This document shows positions 32,170-40,846 of a stretch of 64,000 nt of DNA, piece after piece. The DNA lies in IMG/VR virus record IMGVR_UViG_3300005613_000001, positions 434,001 through 498,000 of that record. One strand, written 5' to 3'. The translations under genes were made by a program, and so were the position numbers. The stretch's first letter is position 1; every line of letters begins with the position of its first letter. The notes under the pieces were generated by a model that was not told the DNA's origin, did no database searches, and saw only the letters and a program-made list of their open reading frames with translations.

Positions 32170-33058
32170 TTTCGATTAGAAGATTTGCCATTCGCACATA
32201 ATCCATATTAATATCAAATCCATAGGCAGTCATTCCCAAGCTTTTAGCAGCGTATAACTCACCGCCAGTACCAGCGAAAGGAACAACAACAATCCCATCT
32301 TCAGGTGGTTTTGATGCCAAGAGCAGCTTAGTGCTTAATTCCAAAGGTTTTTGTGTGGGGTGGGTAACAATTTCATGTTTATCATGTTCTTTCTTTTTCA
32401 TAGATGCGAAAATATTATCACAATCTTTGCAATAAAAGAACCTTTCTACACGGCCCGCTCCACCGGCTAGGGCTGGAATTTTAAATACATCTCTTGGCAA
32501 AGCACCCTTATCATGTGCTTTGTATATAGTTGTTTTCCCTTTTGAGGAAAACCGACCCTCTGTATCTTTTCTTTCTTTTCCTGCTGCGTTTTTCAAAAAG
32601 GTTGGGGTATAGGGTTCTCTTACATCATCTAAATTAAAGATTCGATTTTCGTCAGTCTTCCAAATTGCCAGCACAGATTCATGGCTTCGTTGCCAGAATT
32701 TATTTGTTGCTGAATTCTTATTAGTGTAATGCCAAACTAACCACCTACAGGGGTAGTCTATAGTGACAAATAAATGGGCGAGTATTTCAGAAAAGCCATA
32801 AATATAAGTTGTGCCTGAGGGTTTTAAAACCCGCATGGAATGGTGTATCCATTCTTGAGCCCATTCCACATATTCTTCAATCTCCACTTTGCATGTGTTA
32901 TTCCCGAAATCCTTTCCAATGTTATACGGAGGATCAATTAAAACGATATCAGAATATTCTCTGGGTAGGTTTCTAAGACCCAAAGTGGCATCCAATAATG
33001 TCACTCTATTTGGAAAGAAATGATTTTTGACTATGCACATATTATTGAGGGCTCCCAA
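32147..33058 (-). CDS. N4/N6 DNA methyltransferase (beta class)
   Basis: IDPPYNIGK, HPTQKPLEL and VPFAGTG; CxxC insertion. Confidence 0.92.
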   Translation of the reverse strand: MGALNNMCIVKNHFFPNRVTLLDATLGLRNLPREYSDIVLIDPPYNIGKDFGNNTCKVEIEEYVEWAQEWIHHSMRVLKPSGTTYIYGFSEILAHLFVTIDYPCRWLVWHYTNKNSATNKFWQRSHESVLAIWKTDENRIFNLDDVREPYTPTFLKNAAGKERKDTEGRFSSKGKTTIYKAHDKGALPRDVFKIPALAGGAGRVERFFYCKDCDNIFASMKKKEHDKHEIVTHPTQKPLELSTKLLLASKPPEDGIVVVPFAGTGGELYAAKSLGMTAYGFDINMDYVRMANLLIENGYPQKC

Positions 33059-33852
33059 AGGAAACTACTGCCATTTTGGAAAACATCAATATAAGGGAAA
33101 CCATGTGGCAATTGCAAGTCATCTCTGTACGAAAAATCGCACCCCAATTTATTAAATGGCACTTCCATTTCAACCAACTTAGTAATTCTTGCGTCCTCTG
33201 GGTCATTTGCAATAGAATCAAAAAAATCCCTCTTAATGTAATGCCATAATTGATGAGATTGTGTAAACGTTATTTTATGATGAATGTTTGATTTGTCTGC
33301 GTTTTTTGTTATGTAACCATTATGGTTTCCACTCTTGCCATAGGTTTTTTCCCAATTCTTCGCAGAGGGCACTTTAAGCACTTTTGCTTCTATCCAATAC
33401 ACATAAAGCCTTAAACAATTTTCTATTAAATCTTCTTGTTGTACTAAAAGCCCAATATAATCATAATGAATAGAACTTATATATTTAACTTTAGCATCTA
33501 TCTCTGGCAATGCTGGAAAAACCTTTATGGCACACTGAGTTCTGTAATTGCTTATTTCAACAAATGCGTTTTGCTTACATAAAACAACCTTCTTTTTAAA
33601 CCGTTTGTTCCGTCTAATTGGATCATATTTTGTAGTCTTATTAGCAATATTCCCGTCGTCAGCCCTAACATCAGTGCCAGGTGCATGGGAACCCTTCTTC
33701 CTCTGCACGTTTTTGTGACCACTATGTTTCAAAGACTGCTCTGTGATGTGCTCCCAATCAGAATAACCTACTTCTGAAACAACTTTAAGAAGATGTCGCA
33801 AATGATCCTCTAATGCATTGTGAAATTTCTTATCATATATTTGACGTTCCAT
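33031..33852 (-). CDS. Putative restriction endonuclease (PD-(D/E)XK-like)
   Basis: GSHAPGTD...IANKT resembles a nuclease active site; first gene of a three-methyltransferase operon. Confidence 0.45.
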   Translation of the reverse strand: MERQIYDKKFHNALEDHLRHLLKVVSEVGYSDWEHITEQSLKHSGHKNVQRKKGSHAPGTDVRADDGNIANKTTKYDPIRRNKRFKKKVVLCKQNAFVEISNYRTQCAIKVFPALPEIDAKVKYISSIHYDYIGLLVQQEDLIENCLRLYVYWIEAKVLKVPSAKNWEKTYGKSGNHNGYITKNADKSNIHHKITFTQSHQLWHYIKRDFFDSIANDPEDARITKLVEMEVPFNKLGCDFSYRDDLQLPHGFPYIDVFQNGSSFLWEPSIICA

Positions 33853-33881
33853 TAATATCCCTTTTAATACTAACTCACAGC

Positions 33882-33910
33882 ATTATAGGGAGATTAAATT
33901 AAATTGTCAA
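33882..33910 (-). promoter_or_regulatory. Consensus sigma70 promoter for the nuclease-methyltransferase operon
   Basis: On minus: TTGACA, 17 bp spacer, TATAAT. Confidence 0.85.
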
Positions 33911-33914
33911 ATAC

Positions 33915-33943
33915 TTGATTTAAAATGCTTCCCATAGTAAAAT
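33915..33943 (+). promoter_or_regulatory. sigma70-like promoter for primase
   Basis: TTGATT, 17 bp spacer, TAAAAT; ends 6 nt before the primase ATG. Confidence 0.65.
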
Positions 33944-33949
33944 GTCGCT

Positions 33950-34969
33950 ATGCCTGTAGATTTTGATACATTTGTTGATTGGGCCGAAAGCCGCTTCGGA
34001 GATATAATTGTCTCATATCCCGAAGTTAAAATCAATTCAATATTTAAAGACAATGACCAAGATCATAAACTCTGGTGTAATCCCGATGGCGGAAAAGACA
34101 ATATTGAACTAGGCGTCTACCATTGCTGGAAAACAGGGGAAACAGGCACGCTCGCGGGACTTGTTATGGAAGTGGATGGCTGCGCCTTTGAAGATGCAGT
34201 TGATATCCTCGGCGGTGATACGCCACTCACGGAACTCCAAGGGAAAATAGAAGATTTCTTCGATAACCTACAAACAAAAGAGGCGGCAGAAACCGAAGAG
34301 TCTGTTGATCTAAAGCTACCTCATGACACATATGCTATTGATGAATTGCCGCCCTGGAATCCATATCGCCAAAGAGCAGAAATTTATCTTAGAAATAGAA
34401 AAATCCCTACCACTAATCTAATGGTCTGCACAGAAGGGATCTACAGGAATAGAATTGTTATCCCGTATTATGACGAAAAAGGGAAATTAATCTATTTCAA
34501 CTGCCGGGCATTAAATGATAAACAAATACCCAAATACCGTGGACCTGAGAAAGATTTGGGAATCGGGAAGGGCGATGTTATTTTCATGCCCAAATGGCCC
34601 CCTAAAGGCGAGAAATTATATATTACAGAGGGCGAATTCGATGCTCTATCACTCTTTTATTCAGAGCTTTATTCAGCAGCTATGGGCGGTAAAAATCTCT
34701 CCGCAAAGCAAATTCAACTACTAAAGGATTATATCCCTGTTATCACGGTTGATAATGACGAGGCGGGCAGATTAGCTTTGCTCACCATAGGAGATTACCT
34801 ACTAGAACAAGGATTTGAAGTTTATTACGTCCGACCACCCCAAGGATTTAAAGATTGGAATGCGTTATTTGAGGAATATGACGCCCAAATTATAAAAGGC
34901 TATATCTCTACAAATGAGAAGCTCTACACCGAAAACACCAGTGTAGAGCTTCTTGAAAAGAGCTTGTGA
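33950..34969 (+). CDS. DnaG-like DNA primase
   Basis: N-terminal Zn-finger-like region (YHCWK..E.G), RIVIP, TOPRIM ITEGEFDAL and DNDEAG. Confidence 0.9.
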   Translation: MPVDFDTFVDWAESRFGDIIVSYPEVKINSIFKDNDQDHKLWCNPDGGKDNIELGVYHCWKTGETGTLAGLVMEVDGCAFEDAVDILGGDTPLTELQGKIEDFFDNLQTKEAAETEESVDLKLPHDTYAIDELPPWNPYRQRAEIYLRNRKIPTTNLMVCTEGIYRNRIVIPYYDEKGKLIYFNCRALNDKQIPKYRGPEKDLGIGKGDVIFMPKWPPKGEKLYITEGEFDALSLFYSELYSAAMGGKNLSAKQIQLLKDYIPVITVDNDEAGRLALLTIGDYLLEQGFEVYYVRPPQGFKDWNALFEEYDAQIIKGYISTNEKLYTENTSVELLEKSL

Positions 34970-35059
34970 ATAAAACTCGCTTTCTCCAGAACACTCTGGA
35001 TGAGCGTGCAACGATTTATTCTTTACTTATTTTATATAGAACAAACTGGTTAAATTATT

Positions 35060-35590
35060 ATGTCCCAATTAGAATACTTTAATGGTAAGATCGTTACGAT
35101 ACTTACAACTCCAATCAATCGCAACTTTAAAGAAGAGGCCGCAGCACTAGGAAAACCCAAGCTATTTCCTGCCAACCTCATGGATCACTTTGTCGGGCGT
35201 TTTGAGAGTTATGATGCACTAGGGGTGATGTTGGCTCACCCTGATGCCGCTGTAGGTACAAAAGCCTACTATTTTTTGGATAAAATTGTAGGGATTGTTG
35301 AAGAACAGGAATTAAATCCTGACGATCCCCAGGAAGCTGAATTAATTGAAAAATACAAGGCATTAAAGCAAACACCGCCTCAAGATAAGGTGTATTGCCC
35401 CAAAGGACATGCACTAGATATACCACCTAATATCAAACCTGGATCACTTGTAGCTTGCCCTAAATGTCAAACTCAATTCCAATTGCCTGACGATAATCCG
35501 CCTCAAGATAAACCCGCCCCAATAAATCAATCCAACTTTGTGGATATTGATGGGATGTCCAAACTAGCAGAAGAAGCTAAATCAAAATAA
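35060..35590 (+). CDS. Putative Sm/LSm-fold protein with C-terminal zinc ribbon
   Basis: GKIVTILT...FVGRFESYDALGVML...YFLDKIVGI resembles Sm1/Sm2; CPKGH...CPKC. Confidence 0.45.
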   Translation: MSQLEYFNGKIVTILTTPINRNFKEEAAALGKPKLFPANLMDHFVGRFESYDALGVMLAHPDAAVGTKAYYFLDKIVGIVEEQELNPDDPQEAELIEKYKALKQTPPQDKVYCPKGHALDIPPNIKPGSLVACPKCQTQFQLPDDNPPQDKPAPINQSNFVDIDGMSKLAEEAKSK

Positions 35591-36685
35591 ATCATCTAAA
35601 TCATCAAAATGATCGTCGTCGGTGGGTGTAGATATAAGCGTATCAATATCACCGGGTTCAGGTGGTGGTGGTATAAACTTTGAAGGTTCAAAAATCTCTG
35701 GACCTTCTTTTTTCTTTGTAGTCTTTTTCTTCGTAGTCTTTTTCTTCTTCTTTTTAGCAGCCGCCGCCTTATCTTCCGCAGAGCGTAATTTAATTGTCAT
35801 CGGTTTCTTTTTCTTTGGCGTTGACGTTGGTTTAGATTTTGATTTGGGTTCTGGTTTGGGTTCTGGAGGTTCTGGTTTGGGTTCTGGAGGTTCTGGTTTG
35901 GGTTCTGGAGGTTCTGGTTTGGGTTCTGGAGGTTCTGGTTTGGGTTCTGGTTTGGGATATTGTATGGCTGGTCGTGGGGGTTTACGATGTTTGGTAATAT
36001 AAACAAGTATATCATCACCTTCAACCCCTGCTTCTTTAGCATCAACTATCCACTTCTCCGCTTCAGAAGGCGTCAATTTCATTTTTATCAAACTATCATA
36101 TACATCTTTCTCTGCTCCCTCAAATGATGCTCTGGAAGGCTTTGGAGGCTTCTTTTCTTTTTTCTCTTCTTGTGCTTGTGGAATTTTCCCTGCCCGAGTA
36201 ATAGCAGCATCTAAATTCCTTCTAAACAGCCTTTTCATGGTGTCTGCAAATTGATTAAGTGCAGCCCCAATGTTATCATTGCCCAATTCATTTTCTAATT
36301 GCAGATAAGCATTATGGGTATCTTTATAAACTCCCAGACTTGCATGTTCGAGTCCTAGTTTTTTCTTAATAGCTTGCCACCAGCGAGGAGACTCATATTC
36401 CGTGCCCGTCTGTGGGGATTCCCCCGTAGACCAGTTGCGCATCCGATCTCCTGTCGCTTGCATTTTGTCCCCTGCCCTCCATAACCAGTGAGCCAAACCA
36501 GAGCCCTTCCCAGGTTGATTTTGCATTATTTGGGTGTATAAAGAAGCAACCATTCTATCAATTTGTGCATCAATAGAAGGCAAAAGATCACTCATGATTT
36601 GATCTTTTGTTACACCGGCTTCCAGTTCGTCAGCCTCAATTAATTTTTGGGGATTTGCAAATATTTCATTAAGTGGGAAGTCCAT
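35582..36685 (-). CDS. Pro/Lys-rich protein with a RuvA-C-like three-helix motif
   Basis: DVYDSLIKMKLTPSEAEKWI, (PEPKPEP)n, a Lys-rich segment and an acidic tail. Confidence 0.7.
   Translation of the reverse strand: MDFPLNEIFANPQKLIEADELEAGVTKDQIMSDLLPSIDAQIDRMVASLYTQIMQNQPGKGSGLAHWLWRAGDKMQATGDRMRNWSTGESPQTGTEYESPRWWQAIKKKLGLEHASLGVYKDTHNAYLQLENELGNDNIGAALNQFADTMKRLFRRNLDAAITRAGKIPQAQEEKKEKKPPKPSRASFEGAEKDVYDSLIKMKLTPSEAEKWIVDAKEAGVEGDDILVYITKHRKPPRPAIQYPKPEPKPEPPEPKPEPPEPKPEPPEPKPEPPEPKPEPKSKSKPTSTPKKKKPMTIKLRSAEDKAAAAKKKKKKTTKKKTTKKKEGPEIFEPSKFIPPPPEPGDIDTLISTPTDDDHFDDLDDLF
35843..35956 (-). repeat. 21-bp tandem repeat encoding PEPKPEP
   Basis: GGTTCTGGTTTGGGTTCTGGA repeated about 5 times. 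Confidence 0.9.
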
Positions 36686-37194
36686 TAGATACCTTCTAAT
36701 ACATAGTCACCTATTTTTTTCAAGGACATAAGGCAGGCATCAAATCTATGAAATTCACTTGACAAATATTGTAATCTCAATTCTTGAAACCCATTCATAC
36801 CTGTATCTGTTAAATCGAAAAAGAATGATTGTCCTCTTCTTCCTACCACCTTATTTTTCTTTTTCATAAGTATATAGGCTGCGGCACCTAAATCTGATAC
36901 TTCCCCTATTTCCCCGACATTTGGCTCATGTTCTCTCATTTTCTTGAGAGACATTAAGCATGAGTCAAATTTATGAAAATCGCTTGAGAGATACTCAAAA
37001 TTTAGATTATCAAAGTCATCAAGCTCAGACTCATTCATAAGGAAATATACTGCTTGTCCTTTCTTTCCGCCGATTTCGTGCTTGTTCATTAGACAAAAAG
37101 CAGCGGCACCTAAATCGGTTACATACTTTACAACTCGTTTTTCTTCCACTTTCTTTACCTTTCTTATACTGCATTTTCTGCGGCGATCAAACAT
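36685..37194 (-). CDS. Internally duplicated small-domain protein (DUF5659-like x2)
   Basis: DLGAAAFCLM...SSDFHKFDSCLMSLKK and DLGAAAYILM...SSEFHRFDACLMSLKK. Confidence 0.7.
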   Translation of the reverse strand: MFDRRRKCSIRKVKKVEEKRVVKYVTDLGAAAFCLMNKHEIGGKKGQAVYFLMNESELDDFDNLNFEYLSSDFHKFDSCLMSLKKMREHEPNVGEIGEVSDLGAAAYILMKKKNKVVGRRGQSFFFDLTDTGMNGFQELRLQYLSSEFHRFDACLMSLKKIGDYVLEGI

Positions 37195-38171
37195 CCCCTG
37201 CTAACGCTATAAAGCGGATCAGTAGGACGGATTATCTTACCTATCTTAATTGGCAATTTCGCTTGTTTAATAACATCATTAAACAACGCATCAAACCCAT
37301 TTGGCAAACTTGATCCTCCGGCAATTACAATATCAATTGGATCGTCTGTTCTTGCTTTCTTACCTGCACCTGCCAAACCTTCTTTAATGCCTGTAGCTGT
37401 CTTTTCCATCATAATTCTATATTGAGTTTGAATGGCTCTTTCTACAAGCGTGCTTGGTTCTTTCGTTAAATCAATATTTCTCTTTTCTTTGTTGATAAAA
37501 GTAGCCGTTTCACTAACCGCCTTGGCAGCCCTTTTGTCAATCCAGTCACCACTATTAACTAATGAAAAACTAAATACTGGCGCACTGTAAATAGAGAAGC
37601 ACAGATTTACCATTCCCGCCCCAAATGAAATTCCAATGCCTGTATATGCCTTTTTCCCAAGCTCAGCATACACCAATGCTAAGCCCTCGTTAATGGGTTG
37701 AGCATTTACTGTGTGTCCGGTTTCATCTTTAAACGCCTTAAAAATAGCCTCTAAGACTTTACCGTGATAATCTGCATCGGTCTCTTCATTAATGGCATTT
37801 GCCGGGACGCTGTAATATAAGGTTTCTTTGTCCTTAGACACATTATCCAACAGGCTGTGGACCATAATTTTTAAAATCTGAAAGGCATGAATCTCACCCG
37901 GATTCACACACCCTTCTTTCATAGGTCTCTTTAGATTTAACGCACTCATCGTATAAGCCATATCTACGGCTTTCTGTCCCAATGCATAAGCAATATCATC
38001 TCGCTCAACAAGAGGAACGCCTGCATTTTTCATCATATTAAATACAAAACGGTTCTCTAATGGGAATTCAAGGAAGGCATTTACTTCCTTCTTATGAACA
38101 AAATTCTTATTTTCATCTCGCTGACAAGTCACTAAATTATACGTGCCCGCGTCAAAACCGATTCCTGACAT
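37164..38171 (-). CDS. Actin-like ATPase (MreB/MamK/ParM superfamily)
   Basis: Phosphate-1 IGFDAGT, PMKEG, YSVPA, connect-1 INEGLA, phosphate-2 ISFGAG, adenosine IAGGSS and connect-2 SVSRG. Confidence 0.9.
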   Translation of the reverse strand: MSGIGFDAGTYNLVTCQRDENKNFVHKKEVNAFLEFPLENRFVFNMMKNAGVPLVERDDIAYALGQKAVDMAYTMSALNLKRPMKEGCVNPGEIHAFQILKIMVHSLLDNVSKDKETLYYSVPANAINEETDADYHGKVLEAIFKAFKDETGHTVNAQPINEGLALVYAELGKKAYTGIGISFGAGMVNLCFSIYSAPVFSFSLVNSGDWIDKRAAKAVSETATFINKEKRNIDLTKEPSTLVERAIQTQYRIMMEKTATGIKEGLAGAGKKARTDDPIDIVIAGGSSLPNGFDALFNDVIKQAKLPIKIGKIIRPTDPLYSVSRGCLIAAENAV

Positions 38172-38183
38172 TGCTTTACCTTT

Positions 38184-38408
38184 CTATTCCTGTACCTGTT
38201 CTCCAAATTTAATCTTACCCCCCGCCTCAAAATCGGGGACCATAAAGGGCTCATCTTCTTTTTGAGCTATTTTACCCTTGCCATCAACGGAAACCTTTAT
38301 GTCATTAGTAGTTATGTTTAAATTAAGGTCTAATGTGATATTAACATCACATTCACCGTCTTTAGTCACAACGGTAACTTTGGGTTTGCCTTTTAATAAC
38401 TGTACCAT
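38184..38408 (-). CDS. Small beta-rich hypothetical protein
   Basis: 74 aa directly upstream of the actin gene. Confidence 0.6.
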   Translation of the reverse strand: MVQLLKGKPKVTVVTKDGECDVNITLDLNLNITTNDIKVSVDGKGKIAQKEDEPFMVPDFEAGGKIKFGEQVQE

Positions 38409-38456
38409 GCTTTATATCTATCCTACCAAATACCCATTTAATCTAGTTACTGAGAT

Positions 38457-38618
38457 TTAAAACTCCCAAAAAGGGATGGTTTCGACAGGGATAGGACCAT
38501 CACCACTACCACTAGAACTGGAACTAGAACTGGATGATGTGGGTGGGCGTTGTAGACAATTTTTAATCCAATTAACGAGGCGCTTGAGGGCATCCAATAA
38601 TTTCTTCAGCCATTGCAT
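38457..38618 (-). CDS. 53-aa peptide: amphipathic helix plus poly-Ser
   Basis: Below the ORF-track cutoff. Manual translation MQWLKKLLDALKRLVNWIKNCLQRPPTSSSSSSSSGSGDGPIPVETIPFWEF; GGAGG SD; ATG 1 nt after the GT9 stop. Confidence 0.65.
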   Translation of the reverse strand: MQWLKKLLDALKRLVNWIKNCLQRPPTSSSSSSSSSGSGDGPIPVETIPFWEF

Positions 38619-38619
38619 T

Positions 38620-39615
38620 TTATCCTCCAATGATTTTCAATGGTTGCTTTAACATCTTATCTACTCCTAATAGAATCATGTCTGCTGTAAGTTCTGTCAA
38701 ACAGGGTTTTGGATATGCCTTACTTTTTGGGCAATCGGGCCAATTATAACAAGGTCCACAGTTCCAGTTGCCGTCGTCTCGATGCTTTTGTACAAGTGTC
38801 CAATTTTCATACCACCTTCCATATACCTTTCCATCGACCATTGTGAAAATACCAACCTGGGGCTTTCCCAAACCCCCGGCCATATGAAAGGTCGCTGTAT
38901 CGACTGAGACTATATAATCCGCTGATGCAACAAAACTCATCCATTTTCTAATAGACCCCATAAGCAAAGGCACTTTTAGATGTTCAAGCATTGGGATTGG
39001 ACCCGTATGTGTGTAAAACACATAGCATCCACGCTCCCGTAGTCCGTTTACGACCCCCTCCATTTGATGTGAAATTAAATTTTTAGTCGCCATTGCTGAA
39101 ATTGGCGAAAATAATACTGTTGGTCCACTCTGGGTGCGATGAGACTCAATTTCTCGCTTCGCCTCTATTAATTCTTGTTCACTGAATTGGAAGTGCATAT
39201 TGTGGTTTTCTAGTGCAACCCCACAATGGTTAGCCCAAATATCACTTCTATTTTTGCCAGAGAGAGGGGCCATTCTGACTTCATACCGACAGCACGCATT
39301 GGTAGTATTATAAGATGTCAGATAGTCTCCCTGGTCTATTTTTCCAGAATCAACCAGTTCATCTACAAAGGGGTGTCCTTTGATTGCTTGGTGATATATC
39401 CCTGGGCAAGCAAAAACTATCTTAGCATCGGGCATAATCCTTTTAAAATCTTCAAAGATCATTCGGTGAACTAGAATATCCCCTAGTCCCCCATTAGCAC
39501 GATAAATGAGTATAGAATTTCGCTTGTCGCTAAATTCCCTTAAAGACAGATTGGTAGTTCTCTGGCTTTTTTTGACAAGTCTTGATAATAACTTCTTATG
39601 CTGAAGTGCTCTCAT
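38620..39615 (-). CDS. GT9 (heptosyltransferase-like) glycosyltransferase
   Basis: GGLGD, ADYIVSVDTATFHMAGGLGKPQVGIF and a Cys cluster (CGPC...C...C). Confidence 0.85.
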   Translation of the reverse strand: MRALQHKKLLSRLVKKSQRTTNLSLREFSDKRNSILIYRANGGLGDILVHRMIFEDFKRIMPDAKIVFACPGIYHQAIKGHPFVDELVDSGKIDQGDYLTSYNTTNACCRYEVRMAPLSGKNRSDIWANHCGVALENHNMHFQFSEQELIEAKREIESHRTQSGPTVLFSPISAMATKNLISHQMEGVVNGLRERGCYVFYTHTGPIPMLEHLKVPLLMGSIRKWMSFVASADYIVSVDTATFHMAGGLGKPQVGIFTMVDGKVYGRWYENWTLVQKHRDDGNWNCGPCYNWPDCPKSKAYPKPCLTELTADMILLGVDKMLKQPLKIIGG

Positions 39616-40199
39616 TCAAATAATTTCGCAGGGAATTTAGGAGGCGGCAATTGGTAGAACCGGGGTACTTGTCTTTGGCTGAACGACCCGTGCCCACGCC
39701 CTTGACCTTCGCCTTCGCCTTCTCCTTCACCCTCTCCTTCTACACCAAATGGTTGCCCCCTGCCTTTGCTGGGGTCTGTTGTACCTCTAAAGCTACCGCC
39801 TCTTTTTAAATGTTGTTGGATTGCATGTCCTTGTTCGTGTAACGCTCTGGAATAGGGCAATTCATAAACACGGGGCTCATCTTTTTTAACTTCGAATGGA
39901 CTATCTTTTTCATCAGTGGGGTTTAAATCTTTGGCCCAAACGAGGACACCACCTTCATCATTATCACTGGGTTCATTAATAATAATCCAATATACTTGGA
40001 ATTTTTCTGGCATTTGCTCTGTAGACGGCCAGCCGAACAAGCTATTAATTGCAAACCAAACACCAAAGCCCAAGAATAATGTTGCTGTAATGGTTATCAT
40101 TTTAATTACCCACAGACCTTTAGCTCCAATAACAAACCAAAGGATGAGGGCAGACAACACAATGAAAGCTATAGGAATAGCAGACGTTTCTAAACTCAT
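39612..40199 (-). CDS. Two-TM membrane protein with Gly/Glu-rich tail; third component of the motor-like cluster
   Basis: Two N-terminal TMs, a soluble domain, GEGEGEGEGEGQGRG and a Pro-rich end; ATGA overlaps on both sides. Confidence 0.75.
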   Translation of the reverse strand: MSLETSAIPIAFIVLSALILWFVIGAKGLWVIKMITITATLFLGFGVWFAINSLFGWPSTEQMPEKFQVYWIIINEPSDNDEGGVLVWAKDLNPTDEKDSPFEVKKDEPRVYELPYSRALHEQGHAIQQHLKRGGSFRGTTDPSKGRGQPFGVEGEGEGEGEGEGQGRGHGSFSQRQVPRFYQLPPPKFPAKLFE

Positions 40200-40846
40200 G
40201 GGTCTACCTCCTCTTCATAATTATTTTCATCAAAACCTCCACCATTAACTGCTTTATCTGCAATGGTCTTGGGCAATTGATTCATACTTACCACGGAGCC
40301 CTTTTTGTCTAATAAGAACCTGCAAACAGTTTTTTCATCACCATCTTCGTCTAGTGTAACCTTTTTTATAGCCACGGTTTTGAGTGTTGGATTAATTTTA
40401 TCAATCTGGACGGTAACCTCAGTAGGTTTATTGGGAGTTCGCTTCGCATACATGTGTACGTTCATTACATACTCACCAGGGATAATACCTCGAATCGTTA
40501 TAATTTCCCTATTTTCGTTATATTTAATTGTCTCACCATCAGGAGTCTTAAAAGTATCATTGCTATGCCCTAAATCGTCACGATCTAAGTGCATTAGTCC
40601 ATCTTCCCGCCTCCTAAAGAACACAAGATGGTCAGCGGGGTCTTGCAAATAAGAATCTACATCATTATTTAACTCATTATCCCAAGTGGTTGTAATAACA
40701 AACTCAGCTTTGGCTTCAGAGGCATTATCCAGTTTTGCTTCTGGATTAATTAAAATGTAAGCTATGAAGAATAACGCTACAAATCCCAATAGCGCATTGA
40801 ATAGCAAATCTAAGAAGGCTGTATTAGCCCCATAATATTGTCTCAT
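40196..40846 (-). CDS. ExbD/TolR/MotB-like single-TM protein with a YfaP/DUF2135-like domain
   Basis: TM AFLDLLFNALLGFVALFFI with the membrane Asp; W..E..NDVDSYLQDP...RE.ITIRG..PGEYVMNVHMY. Confidence 0.7.
   Translation of the reverse strand: MRQYYGANTAFLDLLFNALLGFVALFFIAYILINPEAKLDNASEAKAEFVITTTWDNELNNDVDSYLQDPADHLVFFRRREDGLMHLDRDDLGHSNDTFKTPDGETIKYNENREIITIRGIIPGEYVMNVHMYAKRTPNKPTEVTVQIDKINPTLKTVAIKKVTLDEDGDEKTVCRFLLDKKGSVVSMNQLPKTIADKAVNGGGFDENNYEEEVDP

Noticed and set aside
35843-35956. CRISPR-like or intergenic repeat
   Set aside because: Contiguous 21-bp units without spacers, in frame within a coding Pro-rich linker.
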